64,000 bases of DNA from an uncultured Chloroflexia bacterium (GCA_963797685.1 CAWCQK010000001.1:199127-263126), one strand, 5' to 3'. Shown: positions 1 through 10,092, counted from the first letter of the stretch. Numbers and translations: made by a program. The notes: generated from the sequence alone by a model not told the origin.

Positions 1-833
1 GGCGGGTAGTAGACGACGATCTCGTCCATGCCCAGCTCCAGCAGCGGGCCGATCATGGCCTCGAAGCGCTCGACCGAGGTGTAGCAGTCGTACGTGCCGC
101 CGCGCGGTCGCGCGGTGGCGTCGTACATCGTGAACGACCGACGGAGCGTCGCCGGATCGCGTCCGACCGCTTCGCAGGCCTCGGCCATCTGGGCGACGCG
201 GCGTCGGGTCTCGTCCAGCTGCCCATCGAATGAGTCGAGGAACGACAGGCTGCTCCAGATGTCGGCCGTCCGCGCGGCGTGGCGCATCATCACCGGTCCG
301 AGGGCGGCGATCGTGATCGGTGGTCGCGGTGCCTGGATCGGACGCGGGTTCATGATCGCCCCGACGACCGTGTAGTAGGTCCCGGCGTACGAGGTGACCT
401 CGTCGCGCAGCAGCCGATCGACGATCTCGGCGTATTCCCCGAGTCGGGCGACACGTTCCTTCGGCTCCCAGTCCGGGATCCCGGTCATCGCGTACGACGG
501 GTCCCCGACGAGGCCCGTCCCGAGGCCGATCTCGAGCCTCCCGCCGGAGACGTGGTCGAGGGTCAGGGCCTGGCGCGCGAACACCGCCGGGTTCCGGAAC
601 GCGATCTGGGTCACGCACGTCGCGAGCCGGATGGACGACGTCGCTGCAGCCAGCCCGGTCAGCGCAGTCCACGACTCGAGCCATGGGTTGGGCGGGTCGG
701 TCCAGTCCACGAAATGGTCGGCGATCCCCGCCACCTCGAAGCCGAGTCGCTCGACCCGAACGACCCGCTCCCGGAGGACGTCCCACGGGACGTTCGGCAG
801 GCACAGGACCTGGAACCGCACGGCTGGACCCAT
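1..833 (-). CDS. LLM-class (luciferase-like) flavin/F420-dependent oxidoreductase; N-terminal about 277 aa are in the window and the C-terminus runs off the window start
   Basis: Reverse-strand translation from the ATG at about 833 (MGPAVRFQVLCLP...IADHF...TGIPDWEPKER...) reads as a continuous luciferase-like TIM-barrel oxidoreductase. It is absent from the ORF track because it has no stop inside the window. Confidence 0.6.
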   Translation of the reverse strand, partial: MGPAVRFQVLCLPNVPWDVLRERVVRVERLGFEVAGIADHFVDWTDPPNPWLESWTALTGLAAATSSIRLATCVTQIAFRNPAVFARQALTLDHVSGGRLEIGLGTGLVGDPSYAMTGIPDWEPKERVARLGEYAEIVDRLLRDEVTSYAGTYYTVVGAIMNPRPIQAPRPPITIAALGPVMMRHAARTADIWSSLSFLDSFDGQLDETRRRVAQMAEACEAVGRDPATLRRSFTMYDATARPRGGTYDCYTSVERFEAMIGPLLELGMDEIVVYYP

Positions 834-933
834 GCCCGCATTCTGGCACGCGCCTCGCGCAGCTGAGCCCCGTGGCGCCGGACATGGCTCCCCCGAGGAC
901 ACGATCGGTCGGGCGCATTAGGCTGGACGCGTC

Positions 934-1755
934 ATGACGACCCAAGGAGTGCGCGCCTTCATCCCGGGCGCCGGCCGGCTCTTCCCGCCCGGCCGCGTCG
1001 CGATCGTCCGCCTGTACGGCCCGATCTCGGGCGGTGCCCGGACGGCCGACTGGATCGAGCTCATCCGACGTGTTCGCGAGTCCTCCAAAGTGCCGGCCGT
1101 GGTCCTCGACATCGACTCGCCCGGAGGATCCGCCACCGCGTCAGACGACATGTTCCTGGCGCTCGAGCGTCTGGCCGCCAAGAAGCCACTCGTCGCCGCG
1201 ATCCGCGGCACGGGAGCGTCCGGCTCGTACCTGGCGGCGATGGCGGCTCGCCGCATCGTCACCCAGCCTCACGCGATCGTGGGCTCGATCGGGGTCATCT
1301 CGGCCGGGCCGCGCCTGCCACGGCTGCTCGACAGGCTCGGCGTCACCGTCACGGAGAACCGCGCCGGCAGGCTGAAGGGCATCGGTGCACCGTGGCGCGA
1401 CGAGACGGACGAGGAGCGTGCCAAGGAGCAGGCGATCGTCGACGCGTTCTACGACGCGTTCGTCGCGCGCGTGGTCGGCGGCCGCCACCTGTCCGACGCG
1501 CGCGTCCGCGAGCTGGCGACCGGCGAGGTCTGGCTCGGGGAGGAGGCGGTCGCTCTCGGGCTCGTCGACGAGGTCGGTGACCTCGAACGCGCAGTCGAGC
1601 TGGCCGCGGAGGCGGCCGGAGTCCCCGCCAAGAGCGCGCCGGTCCGACTCCGCCGGTCGCTGTTCGACCGGCTGGCAGGGCGCTTCGGGACGAGCCTGGC
1701 GAGCGCCGTGGCCGACGAGGTCGAGGCACGGCTGGAGAGCCGGCTCCGGACCTGA
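934..1755 (+). CDS. sppA: signal peptide peptidase SppA (S49 family, 36K type)
   Basis: 273 aa. Contains ...VVLDIDSPGGSATASDDMF...RGTGASGSYLAAMAARRIVTQPHAIVGSIGV..., typical of the S49 ClpP/crotonase fold. The stop is 1 nt from the convergent dprA stop. Confidence 0.8.
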   Translation: MTTQGVRAFIPGAGRLFPPGRVAIVRLYGPISGGARTADWIELIRRVRESSKVPAVVLDIDSPGGSATASDDMFLALERLAAKKPLVAAIRGTGASGSYLAAMAARRIVTQPHAIVGSIGVISAGPRLPRLLDRLGVTVTENRAGRLKGIGAPWRDETDEERAKEQAIVDAFYDAFVARVVGGRHLSDARVRELATGEVWLGEEAVALGLVDEVGDLERAVELAAEAAGVPAKSAPVRLRRSLFDRLAGRFGTSLASAVADEVEARLESRLRT

Positions 1756-1756
1756 G

Positions 1757-3016
1757 TCACTCCCATCCGCCCGGCAGCCGAGATGGTCTCGGTCGCTGAC
1801 GCCGCACGACCGGATCGGCACCTGCGAGGGCGCCGGCCGGTCGGAAACGCCCGTGGATGCCGACCGCGAGCCCGCGTCGCTCGAGGAGCGTCAGGGCCGC
1901 CAGGACACTCGCGACCGGCCAGCCCGTGGCCGCGACCAGCTCGTCCACCGTCGCGCGACCGCGGACCAGCTCGCGGCCGAGACGCTTGGCGGCCTCGCTG
2001 ACACCGGACAGGGTCGCGGCGACGTCGGTCGAGACACCCGGCTCCACGAGGCGATCGGCCAGACCGAGGTCCTCGATGAGCTGCGGGATGCCGGCGACGA
2101 TGCGCGCACGGCCAGGGAACTCGCGCAGGTACGACAGGCAGCCGGCCGACGCCGGGGCATCGACGCTACCCGGCACGAGGAAGCATTCGCGGCCCTGCTC
2201 GAGCGCCCATGAGGCGGTGATCAGGGCACCGCTCCGCGCCGGCGCCTCGACCACGACGGTCGCGTCGGCGAGACCGCTGACGATCCGGTTCCGGCGCGGG
2301 AACGTCCCCTTGCTCGGGGCGATGTCCGGACCCAGCTCCGAGACGACCGCACCACCGCCCACGACGATCGAGGTCGCCAACCGGCTGTGCGCCCGCGGAT
2401 GCAGGATGGCATGCCCGGACCCGATGACTGCGACCGTCGTTCCGTGCGCGTGGACCGCCGCAGCGTGGGCCGCCCCGTCGATGCCGACGGCGAGGCCCGA
2501 CACGACCGACGACCCGACGGCGACGAGGTTGGTCGCAAGGCGGGCTGCGAATGCACGGCCGGCATCCGTCGCACGTCGCGTGCCGACGATGGCCACGGCG
2601 GCGTCACTGCTCAGGACGGCCGGATCGCCGAGCACGTAGAGGACATGAGGCGGCATCTCGATGCTCGCCAGGCGCATCGGGTAGGCCGGATCCTCGATGG
2701 TCAGGACCGTGAGCCCGAGCTCGCGGATCCGTGCGAGGGTGGGACCCGCGCGGCGTGCCGCGTCGGCGATCCCCTCCGCCACCTCGGGCGAGACGGCGCG
2801 CTCCTCGCCATCAGGCGCCGCGTCGCGGTCCCGAGTGGCCAGGCGCACCACACCGCCGGGCGATGACGCCTCACGCAGGATCGCCAGCGCGTCGCCGTAG
2901 CGTGCCAGCAGCGCCGCGAAGGCCACCGGTCCGATCCCGCGCACGCCGGCCAGCACGGCCCACGCGTCGCGTTCTTCATCGGTCGGCGCCCAGGGGTGCC
3001 CGTGAGCGATGGACAC
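1757..3016 (-). CDS. dprA: DNA processing protein DprA (Smf)
   Basis: Rossmann-like DprA core (AIVGTRRATDAGRAFA...VVSGLAVGIDGAAH...LVPG) plus a C-terminal winged-helix. The track ORF runs to 3313 but would overlap comM. The likely start is the GTG near 3016 (VSIAHGHPW...). Confidence 0.8.
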   Translation of the reverse strand: MSIAHGHPWAPTDEERDAWAVLAGVRGIGPVAFAALLARYGDALAILREASSPGGVVRLATRDRDAAPDGEERAVSPEVAEGIADAARRAGPTLARIRELGLTVLTIEDPAYPMRLASIEMPPHVLYVLGDPAVLSSDAAVAIVGTRRATDAGRAFAARLATNLVAVGSSVVSGLAVGIDGAAHAAAVHAHGTTVAVIGSGHAILHPRAHSRLATSIVVGGGAVVSELGPDIAPSKGTFPRRNRIVSGLADATVVVEAPARSGALITASWALEQGRECFLVPGSVDAPASAGCLSYLREFPGRARIVAGIPQLIEDLGLADRLVEPGVSTDVAATLSGVSEAAKRLGRELVRGRATVDELVAATGWPVASVLAALTLLERRGLAVGIHGRFRPAGALAGADPVVRRQRPRPSRLPGGWE

Positions 3017-3098
3017 GTTCCCCGTGGACCCCTCACTCGCTACCGGATCGGGCAAGCCGTCGCTGCCCACCGGACCGGCCAGGCCGACGCCGAGCACC

Positions 3099-4676
3099 TC
3101 AGGAAGCCTCGGCGGCCGCCAGCCGCAGGTCGGCCGGGCGATACCAGGCCGCCTCCTCAAGGTGATCCGGGAGGACGGCCTCGGATCCGGCGAGGTCCGC
3201 GATCGTCCGAGCGACACGCAGGATCCGTTCCGTGCCACGGCCCGTCGCCCGCTCCATCTCCGCCAGGCCGACCAGCGAGCGGCGGCCGGAACCATCGAGA
3301 GCGCACGCGTCACGCAAGCCGCGACCCGTCAGCCGACCGTTGAGCAGGCCGGGAGACCGGGACGCGGCAACGGCTCGGGCGGCGGCGATCCGTTGCCCAA
3401 CCACGGCCGAACCCTCCGGCTCCGGCCCGTCGACGAGCGCCGCGGGTGCGACGCGTGGCATCGCGACCCACAGGTCGATCCGGTCGCGAAGCGGTCCGGA
3501 CACCCGACGCTGGTAGCGCTCCGGGACGAGGACCGGGCAGCCGCACGGCCGATCCGACGAGCCAGCGAACCCGCATGGGCACGGGTTCATGGCGGCGACA
3601 AGCTGGAAGCGAGCCGGGAAGATCGCCGCCCGCCCGACGCGGGCGATGGCCACACGCCCGTCCTCCATCGGCTGGCGCAGCGCCTCGAGGACATCTCGCG
3701 CGAACTCGGGGAGCTCATCGAGGAAAAGCACACCCTGGTCGGCCAATGTCACCTCCCCGGGCGACAGATGCGGTCCGCCGCCGACCATCCCGGCGTACGA
3801 GACCGATTGGTGCGGCGACCGAAACGGTGGCCGCCGCCGCAGCTCGTGGATCGGTCCTTCGCCCGCCGCCGACGCAACGACCGTGGCCGCCAGTGCTGCC
3901 GCATCGTCGAGCGGCGGAAGGAGTCCCGGGATCGTCCGGGCGAGCAACGTCTTGCCGGACCCGGGCGGTCCGATCAGCAGCAGCCCATGGCCGCCGGCGA
4001 GGGCCACTTCGAGTCCGCGACGCGCCGGCGCCTGCCCACGGACCTCCTCGAGATCCGGCACCGCACGACCCGCTGCACCTGCCGCCGATGTAGTGGCGTC
4101 CTCCCCTCCCCGCGCAGATCCGTCAATGAGCTCGATCCGAGCCGGCAGGACGCCGGCACGCGACCGTCGGCGCGCGCGGACGATGTCGACGGCGGCCTCG
4201 AGCGTCTCGACACCGCGGACCTCGACGCCCTCGACCAGCCTCGCTTCGTCGACCGCGGCGGCCGCCACGACGACCCGCCTCAGCCCGCGTCGGGCGAGCG
4301 CAGCCACCATCGGCAGGACGCCCGGCACTGACCGGACCTCGCCGCCGAGCGACAGCTCGCCGATCAGGGCGAGACGTCCGCCGCCGGCCCGTACCTGTTC
4401 GGAGCCGAGCAAGATCCCGACCGCCATCGCCAGGTCGAGCGATGCGCCCGCCTTGCGCAGGTCCGCCGGCGCGAGGTTGACCGTGATCCGTCGCGGCGGA
4501 TGGACGAACCCGGCATTGCGGATCGCGCCGCGCACCCGTTCGCGCGCCTCCTGCAGCGCGGCGTCAGCCAGTCCGACGATGGTGAAGCCTGGCAGCCCGG
4601 GCGCGACGTCGACCTCGACGCGGATCATCCGGCCGTCGAGGCCGTTGAGGGTGGCGGACGGGACGATGGCCAGCAC
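3099..4676 (-). CDS. comM: YifB/ComM family Mg-chelatase-like AAA+ ATPase
   Basis: 525 aa. N-terminal Lon-like domain (MLAIVPSATLNGLDG...VEVDV), Walker A (GPPGSGKT), ChlI-type AAA+ core and the C-terminal Mg_chelatase_C motif (CPCGF...C.C). GTG start. Directly upstream of dprA, the classical comM-dprA arrangement. Confidence 0.85.
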   Translation of the reverse strand: MLAIVPSATLNGLDGRMIRVEVDVAPGLPGFTIVGLADAALQEARERVRGAIRNAGFVHPPRRITVNLAPADLRKAGASLDLAMAVGILLGSEQVRAGGGRLALIGELSLGGEVRSVPGVLPMVAALARRGLRRVVVAAAAVDEARLVEGVEVRGVETLEAAVDIVRARRRSRAGVLPARIELIDGSARGGEDATTSAAGAAGRAVPDLEEVRGQAPARRGLEVALAGGHGLLLIGPPGSGKTLLARTIPGLLPPLDDAAALAATVVASAAGEGPIHELRRRPPFRSPHQSVSYAGMVGGGPHLSPGEVTLADQGVLFLDELPEFARDVLEALRQPMEDGRVAIARVGRAAIFPARFQLVAAMNPCPCGFAGSSDRPCGCPVLVPERYQRRVSGPLRDRIDLWVAMPRVAPAALVDGPEPEGSAVVGQRIAAARAVAASRSPGLLNGRLTGRGLRDACALDGSGRRSLVGLAEMERATGRGTERILRVARTIADLAGSEAVLPDHLEEAAWYRPADLRLAAAEAS

Positions 4677-4751
4677 ACCCGCGAGGCTAGCGGCGCGCGC
4701 TCACCCGTCGGTCAACCGCCACTTATCGCTCGCGTATCGAGGACCGGCGCG

Positions 4752-6344
4752 TCATGACGCGGGGATGACACCGACGTTGAACCAACGGTCGTCGCCGAAC
4801 ACCTGGCGCATGACGAACATCGAGGAGAATGGCGCGTCCTGACGAGACTGGAGCGCACCGCTCGCGTCGTAGGTCTCCTCGGTCTTGGTGCCGGTCGCCT
4901 GGAACGCCATGCCCAACCCTGTCTGCGATTTCAACAGCTTGACCGTGAGGAACAGGCTGTCGAAGTGGTAGCGCTCGATGGTCGTCCGGCCGCTCGTCCT
5001 CGCCGCGTCGAGCTCGCCCTGCAGCTCCTTGAGCCGATCGCCGTGGTCGATGGCGGGCAGGAGGCTCCCATCGCCGTGCAGGAGGACCTCGTTCTCGGCG
5101 GCGAGATTGCGCGCGAGCGTCAGGGCCAGCCCGGGCGCCTGCTCACGGACGCGGTCGACGTTCCATGACGTGACCGACGGGTCGATCGAGACCGCCGGGA
5201 TGGAGGCCTCGTCGACCCGCAGCGCCGGGTCGAGATAGACGACGCTCTCCGACGAGTCGGCGATGGTCCGGGCGGGCGCACCGGCGAGCACGATCCCGGC
5301 GCCGAACGCGAGCACGATGCCGACCGTGACCCCGCCCAACGCCACCCGCCGGAGCGTTGTCCCTCCGGCGTTCCCGATCCCTGCAAGATGGCGGAGGTAC
5401 GGCACGAGCCGGTCGAGCTCGGAGCGAGGCTCCGGCAGGAAGCGATCGAAGAGCGGCCGGAGCGCACACATCGCGACCAGGCTCGCGAGGAGGCCGACCT
5501 TGGCCCAGAACTCGGTCGTCTGCGGCGCGATGAACAACGTGCTGGTGATCCCGACCGAAGCCGCGAACAGGATGCGGGCGACGTTCCCGGACGGGATCGT
5601 CTTGGGGTCGGTGAGCATGAAGAACAGGAAGATCAGGACCTCTGGCGAGGTCAGGATCGTTCGCCAGAAGTCGGCCCCACAGACAGGCCCGAATGCCCAG
5701 TCCGTCGTCATGCAATGGCCGGACGCAGCCAGGCCGCCGATCCCGATCGCGAGGGTCAGCCAATAGGTCGCGGCCATGGCCAGCAGATGGAGCCGGCGGG
5801 TGATGAGCGTCCCGCCGATGATGATGATCGCGTAGGCGAGGACCAGCCAGCCGTCGAGCGGACCCCACCAGAAGTCGAGTGGTTGTACCCGCTCGACACC
5901 GAGGATCAGGAACGCGGCCACCAGGCCGAGGTTCGACGGGTTGAAGACGTGCGAGCCGCGGTATTGGATGACGTACTTGGTCAGGAGCGCCAGGCCGGCG
6001 ACGATGGCGTACACGTACAAGTCGTTCGTGCCCCACGGATCGCCGACCTTCGTATCGGTCGTCCGCAGGATGAGCGCCACGCCGCTGCCGGTCAGCATCG
6101 CGCTGGCGGGCCACACCAGCGCCCCCTTCGAGCGCAGGGTGAGGGCGACCTCGATGATCGCGCAGGTGAGGATGGCGGCCAGGATCTGCGGGATGGTCAC
6201 CCGGAACTGGAGCCCGAGCTGCCCCAGGATGTGGATCGAGATGATGCAGGCCGCAACGTGCAGCCGCGGGTCGCGGATGCTGGGCAGGACGACCGGATAC
6301 CGCCGCGCGCCGAGCGTCAGCGCCCGGCTCGTCGCAGCGGTCAA
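4752..6344 (-). CDS. polytopic membrane protein (possibly NqrB/RnfD-like fold) with a C-terminal extracytoplasmic domain of about 200 aa
   Basis: 530 aa. About 9 predicted TM helices in the N-terminal 330 aa, an HVFNPSNLGLVAAFLILG motif reminiscent of the NQR2/RnfD family, and an unknown soluble C-terminal domain. The TTG start overlaps the AhpD-like stop by 4 nt. Confidence 0.45.
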   Translation of the reverse strand: MTAATSRALTLGARRYPVVLPSIRDPRLHVAACIISIHILGQLGLQFRVTIPQILAAILTCAIIEVALTLRSKGALVWPASAMLTGSGVALILRTTDTKVGDPWGTNDLYVYAIVAGLALLTKYVIQYRGSHVFNPSNLGLVAAFLILGVERVQPLDFWWGPLDGWLVLAYAIIIIGGTLITRRLHLLAMAATYWLTLAIGIGGLAASGHCMTTDWAFGPVCGADFWRTILTSPEVLIFLFFMLTDPKTIPSGNVARILFAASVGITSTLFIAPQTTEFWAKVGLLASLVAMCALRPLFDRFLPEPRSELDRLVPYLRHLAGIGNAGGTTLRRVALGGVTVGIVLAFGAGIVLAGAPARTIADSSESVVYLDPALRVDEASIPAVSIDPSVTSWNVDRVREQAPGLALTLARNLAAENEVLLHGDGSLLPAIDHGDRLKELQGELDAARTSGRTTIERYHFDSLFLTVKLLKSQTGLGMAFQATGTKTEETYDASGALQSRQDAPFSSMFVMRQVFGDDRWFNVGVIPAS

Positions 6345-6973
6345 CGCGGGACGGAGACGACCGCGGGAGAGCTGTAGCCGAAGTCGGCGATCTCGGCCGC
6401 TCGCGGGCGGTAGGCCTCGGCAGACGGTGCCGTCCTGGCCCGGAAGCCTTCGACCATCCGGTTGTACATCGAGAATGCCGCCGCGATGAGGACCGCGAGC
6501 TGGACGTCCGCGTCAGTCGCACCCGCCCCGAGGGCGGCGTCCACGTCGGCAAGGGTCAGGTCACGCGGCTCCCGACGGACGGTCCGCGAGATATGGAGCA
6601 GAGCCTGCATCTTCGGATCGAAGCCGGATGAAGACCCGCTCTTGATCTCGTCGATCAGCGCCAGTCGATCGTGCTCGCCGGTCTTCTCGAGCAGGGCACT
6701 GGCGAACGCACCGTGCGAATCCATGCAATAGAAGCAGTCATTGCCGGCCGACACCGCGGTCGCGAGCATCTCGCGTTCCGCCCGGACCAGCGTGGCACCT
6801 GGGAAGTCGTTGACCAGGAGCTCGTCGGCGAGTCCCCGGAGGTGGACGCCCAGGCCCGGCGTCAGGCGGATCGCGGCGAGGATCCCCGGAACATCGGGCA
6901 GGCTACCGACGATCGGGTCTTCCTGGGAGCGTGAGAGGCGTTCGTCGTCGCGGGCCACGGAGCCCCCTTCCAA
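6341..6973 (-). CDS. carboxymuconolactone decarboxylase / AhpD-like peroxidase-related family protein
   Basis: 210 aa. Exact AhpD core motif C-x-x-C-x-x-x-H (CFYCMDSH). 4-nt overlap with the downstream membrane protein gene. Confidence 0.7.
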   Translation of the reverse strand: MEGGSVARDDERLSRSQEDPIVGSLPDVPGILAAIRLTPGLGVHLRGLADELLVNDFPGATLVRAEREMLATAVSAGNDCFYCMDSHGAFASALLEKTGEHDRLALIDEIKSGSSSGFDPKMQALLHISRTVRREPRDLTLADVDAALGAGATDADVQLAVLIAAAFSMYNRMVEGFRARTAPSAEAYRPRAAEIADFGYSSPAVVSVPR

Positions 6974-7048
6974 ACTATCCGGTGAGACGATCGGGGAAGG
7001 ATAGTACGGCGCCCCGATCCGTGGCGCGGATCGCGCCCTCGACGACCC

Positions 7049-8230
7049 TCAGCGTGTCGAGGAGGCGGCCCTCGCCGTGGCGGGCTGGGCGACGGCCGGC
7101 TTGTCGACCGCTCGGGCGAACTGCAGGAGGGAACCGCCGAGTGCCGAATCGGCCTTGGTGAACATGAACGGGGCGCCCGAGTTGAGGGCGCTGATCGCAC
7201 CGCGATACTCGTTCACGACCTGGTGCTCGATCGTCCGCTTGAGCGCGCCCTCGGCATTCTTGACGTTGATGCCGGTGAACGCGTTCGAGCGGTTGAGGAC
7301 CAGCTGGACCTTCTCGTTCGGGTAGCCGAGGTGTTCCATGGTCTCGAGGATGAGGCGCACGTTCTTGAGGCACGACAGGTCGGCGGTCATCACCACGAAC
7401 ACTGCGTCGGCGGCCTCGAACACGCCGAGGTTGACGTCGTCGAGGCGCTTGTCGATGTCGATCAGCGTGTAGTCGTACATCATCGACAGCTGCTCGGCGA
7501 TGAATGGCAGATGCTCCGGCCGGACCAGCTCGGCGGTCTCCGGCGAGGGCGGCGCCAGCAGCAGGTCGATGCCCGAGTCGTGCTTGACCATGACCTGCTT
7601 GATGAGGTCCGCGTCGATCGATGGCGCGGTCACGACGTCGACGATGCTCTTGCGATCGAGCCCGAGGTCGAGGAACACGCGGTGGTCCCCGAACTGGAGG
7701 TTGCCATCCACCAGCGCGACCTTGCGCCCGAGCTCGCGATGCAGCGCGATGGCCAGGTTGATCGCGATGGTCGTCGTGCCGACGCCGCCCTTGGCGCCGT
7801 AGAACGCGAGGATCCGGCCGAGCGGCGGGCGGGCGAGCAGCGATTCCTTGGGCGCGAAGCGCGCCAGCAGGCTCTTGATCCGGGCCAGCAGCTCCGCCGG
7901 GTGGAACGGCTTGATGAGGTAGTCGTCGGCGCCGGCCCTGAGGCCGCGGACCTTCTGCTCGACCTCGCGCTCGGCCGTCAGCATGATGATCGGGACGTGG
8001 CTGGAGGTGCCCTCCTCGGTCCGGATCTTGGTCGCGACCTGGTAGCCGTCGAGCTTGGGCAGCTGGACGTCGAGCAGGATCAGGTCGGGCGCTTCGGCGC
8101 CCCACAACCGGAACCCCTCGCTGCCGTCGGACGCGACGACGACGTCATAGCCCTCCTGCTTGAGCGTGTACTGCAGGAGTCGTTGGACGTTCGGGTCGTC
8201 GTCGACGACGAGGATCTTGGCCGCCATCAA
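7049..8230 (-). CDS. receiver (REC) domain fused to a ParA/MinD-family ATPase (CpaE/TadZ-like), paralog 1, canonical receiver
   Basis: 393 aa. N-terminal REC with DDD acid pocket, LILLDVQLP phospho-acceptor Asp, IMLTA and YLIKPF (conserved T and K). C-terminal deviant Walker A (AFYGAKGGVGTTTIAINLA) of the MinD/ParA/CpaE family. Confidence 0.75.
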   Translation of the reverse strand: MMAAKILVVDDDPNVQRLLQYTLKQEGYDVVVASDGSEGFRLWGAEAPDLILLDVQLPKLDGYQVATKIRTEEGTSSHVPIIMLTAEREVEQKVRGLRAGADDYLIKPFHPAELLARIKSLLARFAPKESLLARPPLGRILAFYGAKGGVGTTTIAINLAIALHRELGRKVALVDGNLQFGDHRVFLDLGLDRKSIVDVVTAPSIDADLIKQVMVKHDSGIDLLLAPPSPETAELVRPEHLPFIAEQLSMMYDYTLIDIDKRLDDVNLGVFEAADAVFVVMTADLSCLKNVRLILETMEHLGYPNEKVQLVLNRSNAFTGINVKNAEGALKRTIEHQVVNEYRGAISALNSGAPFMFTKADSALGGSLLQFARAVDKPAVAQPATARAASSTR

Positions 8231-8308
8231 TCCTCCACGGGATTCACCGGGTCGGGTATGTCAGCCGGGTCGGGCACTGCCAGCACGAACGCTGCCCCGG
8301 CGCCCGGA

Positions 8309-8915
8309 TTATAGGGGCGTCCCCGCGAGACTGGCGACAGGGTCGCCGACCAGGAACTCGAACACGAGACGACTCCAAGTCTCGAGCCGGTCAGAGACGG
8401 CGGAGACATCGTCGGCGCCCACGAACGAGCCGGTCAGCTTGTCGGTCTCGCGGATGGCGACGGGCCGGCCCGTCGCGTCGGCGACATAGACCGCCCCGAG
8501 GTGGACGGCCCCGACCTCGGTGGTGTCGTCGTTGAGGAGCCCGACCAGCCGGAAATCCGGGACGAAATCGGCGACGAGCTCCTCGGCCCACTCGCGGCGA
8601 AGTCCGCCCAGGACGCCGCCGTCGCCGGGGTTCAGGTGGCCGCCGACACCGATCGAATAGCGCCCGTGGAGCCGCGGGTCCCCGCCGGCCGTGGTCCGCT
8701 GCATCAGGAAGAACCGCTCGCCATCGCGCAGGACGAGGTACGGGATGACCTGCTTGAACGACGGTGTCGCGCTCCATCTCGGGGCGCGGTTCGTAGCGTC
8801 CGTCCCGCTCGAGCGCGGCAACGAATGCGTCGAGGTCGTCGGTTCGCAGCCCGTACCAGCCGGCGTCGTCGAGGACCGCGGATCGCGGCACGACGAAGAC
8901 CTGCTCGTCGGTCAC
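8309..8915 (-). CDS. NUDIX-like hydrolase, interrupted by an apparent frameshift near 8775-8800
   Basis: The GTG start overlaps the tyrA stop (GTGA) and has a GAGGA RBS. The N-terminal 45 aa (VTDEQVFVVPRSAVLDDAGWYGL...PEMERDT) are in one frame. The remainder (SFKQVIPYLVLRDGERFFLMQRT...GGLRREWAEELV, a Nudix-box-like REx2EE) is in the 8309..8821 ORF frame. Confidence 0.5.
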
Positions 8916-9838
8916 GGCTGGTCCTCGAGGATGGCCCGTGCCGCCGCCAGCCGCTCGGCGATGACCGCTTCGCGCGGTCCGCCCTTCCGCTCGAGCTCGG
9001 CCAGCCATTCGTCCAGCACGGATCGGAGGTCGCGGATCCGTTTGGCGAGGACCGGCGCATTCGTGACCGCGATGGCTGCACCCATCGCCGGGTCGCCGCG
9101 CCCGACACGCGTCGTGTCCTGCCAGCCGCCCGCCGCCAGGGCCTGGGCCGCGGGCCAATCGTCGCGGACGGCGCCAGGCGTCCCGGCGACCGCCTCGGCA
9201 AGCGCCGCGGCCACGACCAGCGGCAGGTGGCTGATGGCCGACACCGCGCGGTCGTGGGCCTTCGCGTCCATCTGGACGACGCGCGCCCGGCACGCGGTGG
9301 CGAGCTCGTTGACGCGGGCCACGTCGCTCGGGCCGGCGAGGGCGCCCGGGACGATGATCCACGGGCGGTCCACGAACAGTCCCGCCTCCGACGCCCCATA
9401 CCCGGCCGTCTCGAGACCTGCCATCGGGTGGCCGCCGACGAACCACAGCCCAGCCGAGTCGGCGCGTTCGACGATCCGCGCCTTGGTGCTCGCGACGTCG
9501 GTCACCACCGCGTCGGGGCGCAGCTGGTTGCGCCATGGCCCGACAAGCTGGTCGATCAGCTGGAGGCAGGCTGTCGCGGGAGCGGCCAGGATGACCAGGT
9601 CGGCTTCGGTGACGGCCGCCTCCGGGCTGGTCGCGGCGACATCGATGACCCGGTCCTTCAGGGCCTTGGCAGGACCGCTCCCGGATGGCGACCAGGCGGT
9701 CATCCGCCAGCGCGAGGTCTTGGGGTTGGCCCGCACGGCGCGGGCGATCGAACCCCCGATCAGCCCGAAACCGACGAACCCAAGATCCATGGCCCCGAGT
9801 ATCGCAGCCGGACGCGACGAAGGTGTGCCGTCCGCCAC
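8912..9838 (-). CDS. tyrA: prephenate dehydrogenase (TyrA)
   Basis: Rossmann motif MDLGFVGFGLIGGSIARA followed by the prephenate DH catalytic and dimerisation regions (HPMAG...). The true start is probably the internal Met near 9790. Confidence 0.8.
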   Translation of the reverse strand: MADGTPSSRPAAILGAMDLGFVGFGLIGGSIARAVRANPKTSRWRMTAWSPSGSGPAKALKDRVIDVAATSPEAAVTEADLVILAAPATACLQLIDQLVGPWRNQLRPDAVVTDVASTKARIVERADSAGLWFVGGHPMAGLETAGYGASEAGLFVDRPWIIVPGALAGPSDVARVNELATACRARVVQMDAKAHDRAVSAISHLPLVVAAALAEAVAGTPGAVRDDWPAAQALAAGGWQDTTRVGRGDPAMGAAIAVTNAPVLAKRIRDLRSVLDEWLAELERKGGPREAVIAERLAAARAILEDQP

Positions 9839-9841
9839 GGA

Positions 9842-10075
9842 TCAGCTCGCCGGAGTCGTTCCCGGACCCCGATGACGGGCCACGCGCCGCTGCGCGACCC
9901 GCCGTTCATCGGATGCCTTGACACGGCGCGCGAGGACGCGCCGTTCAGCCTCGCGTCGGTCGGCGTCCAGGTGCGCGCCACAGCGCGGACAGCGCAGCTC
10001 GTCGGGGAGCAGCGACTCGATCGGCGAGACCGGGGAGACCTGCCGGCCACATGTCCTGCACGCCAGCCTTGGCAT
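9842..10075 (-). CDS. small zinc-ribbon protein (C-x2-C...C-P-R-C), hypothetical
   Basis: 77 aa. Four Cys in two CxxC pairs (CRTCG...CPRCG). Packed between the trpB2 stop (17-nt gap) and the tyrA start (3-nt gap) on the same strand. Confidence 0.4.
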   Translation of the reverse strand: MPRLACRTCGRQVSPVSPIESLLPDELRCPRCGAHLDADRREAERRVLARRVKASDERRVAQRRVARHRGPGTTPAS

Positions 10076-10092
10076 CGCCGATCAGCTCGATC

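Noticed and set aside
279-1262. Plus and minus ORFs overlapping the LLM oxidoreductase and the sppA upstream region.
   Set aside because: Arg-rich wrong-frame products. The minus-strand LLM-class frame is continuous and family-like across the same span.
5143-8314. Long ORFs antisense or out-of-frame to the membrane protein, AhpD-like and REC-MinD genes (for example 5143..6552-, 5388..6377+, 6975..8105-, 7223..8314+).
   Set aside because: Their translations are Arg/Pro/Gly-rich low-complexity text, typical of non-coding frames in 72%-GC DNA. Each overlaps a gene with clear family-level signal.
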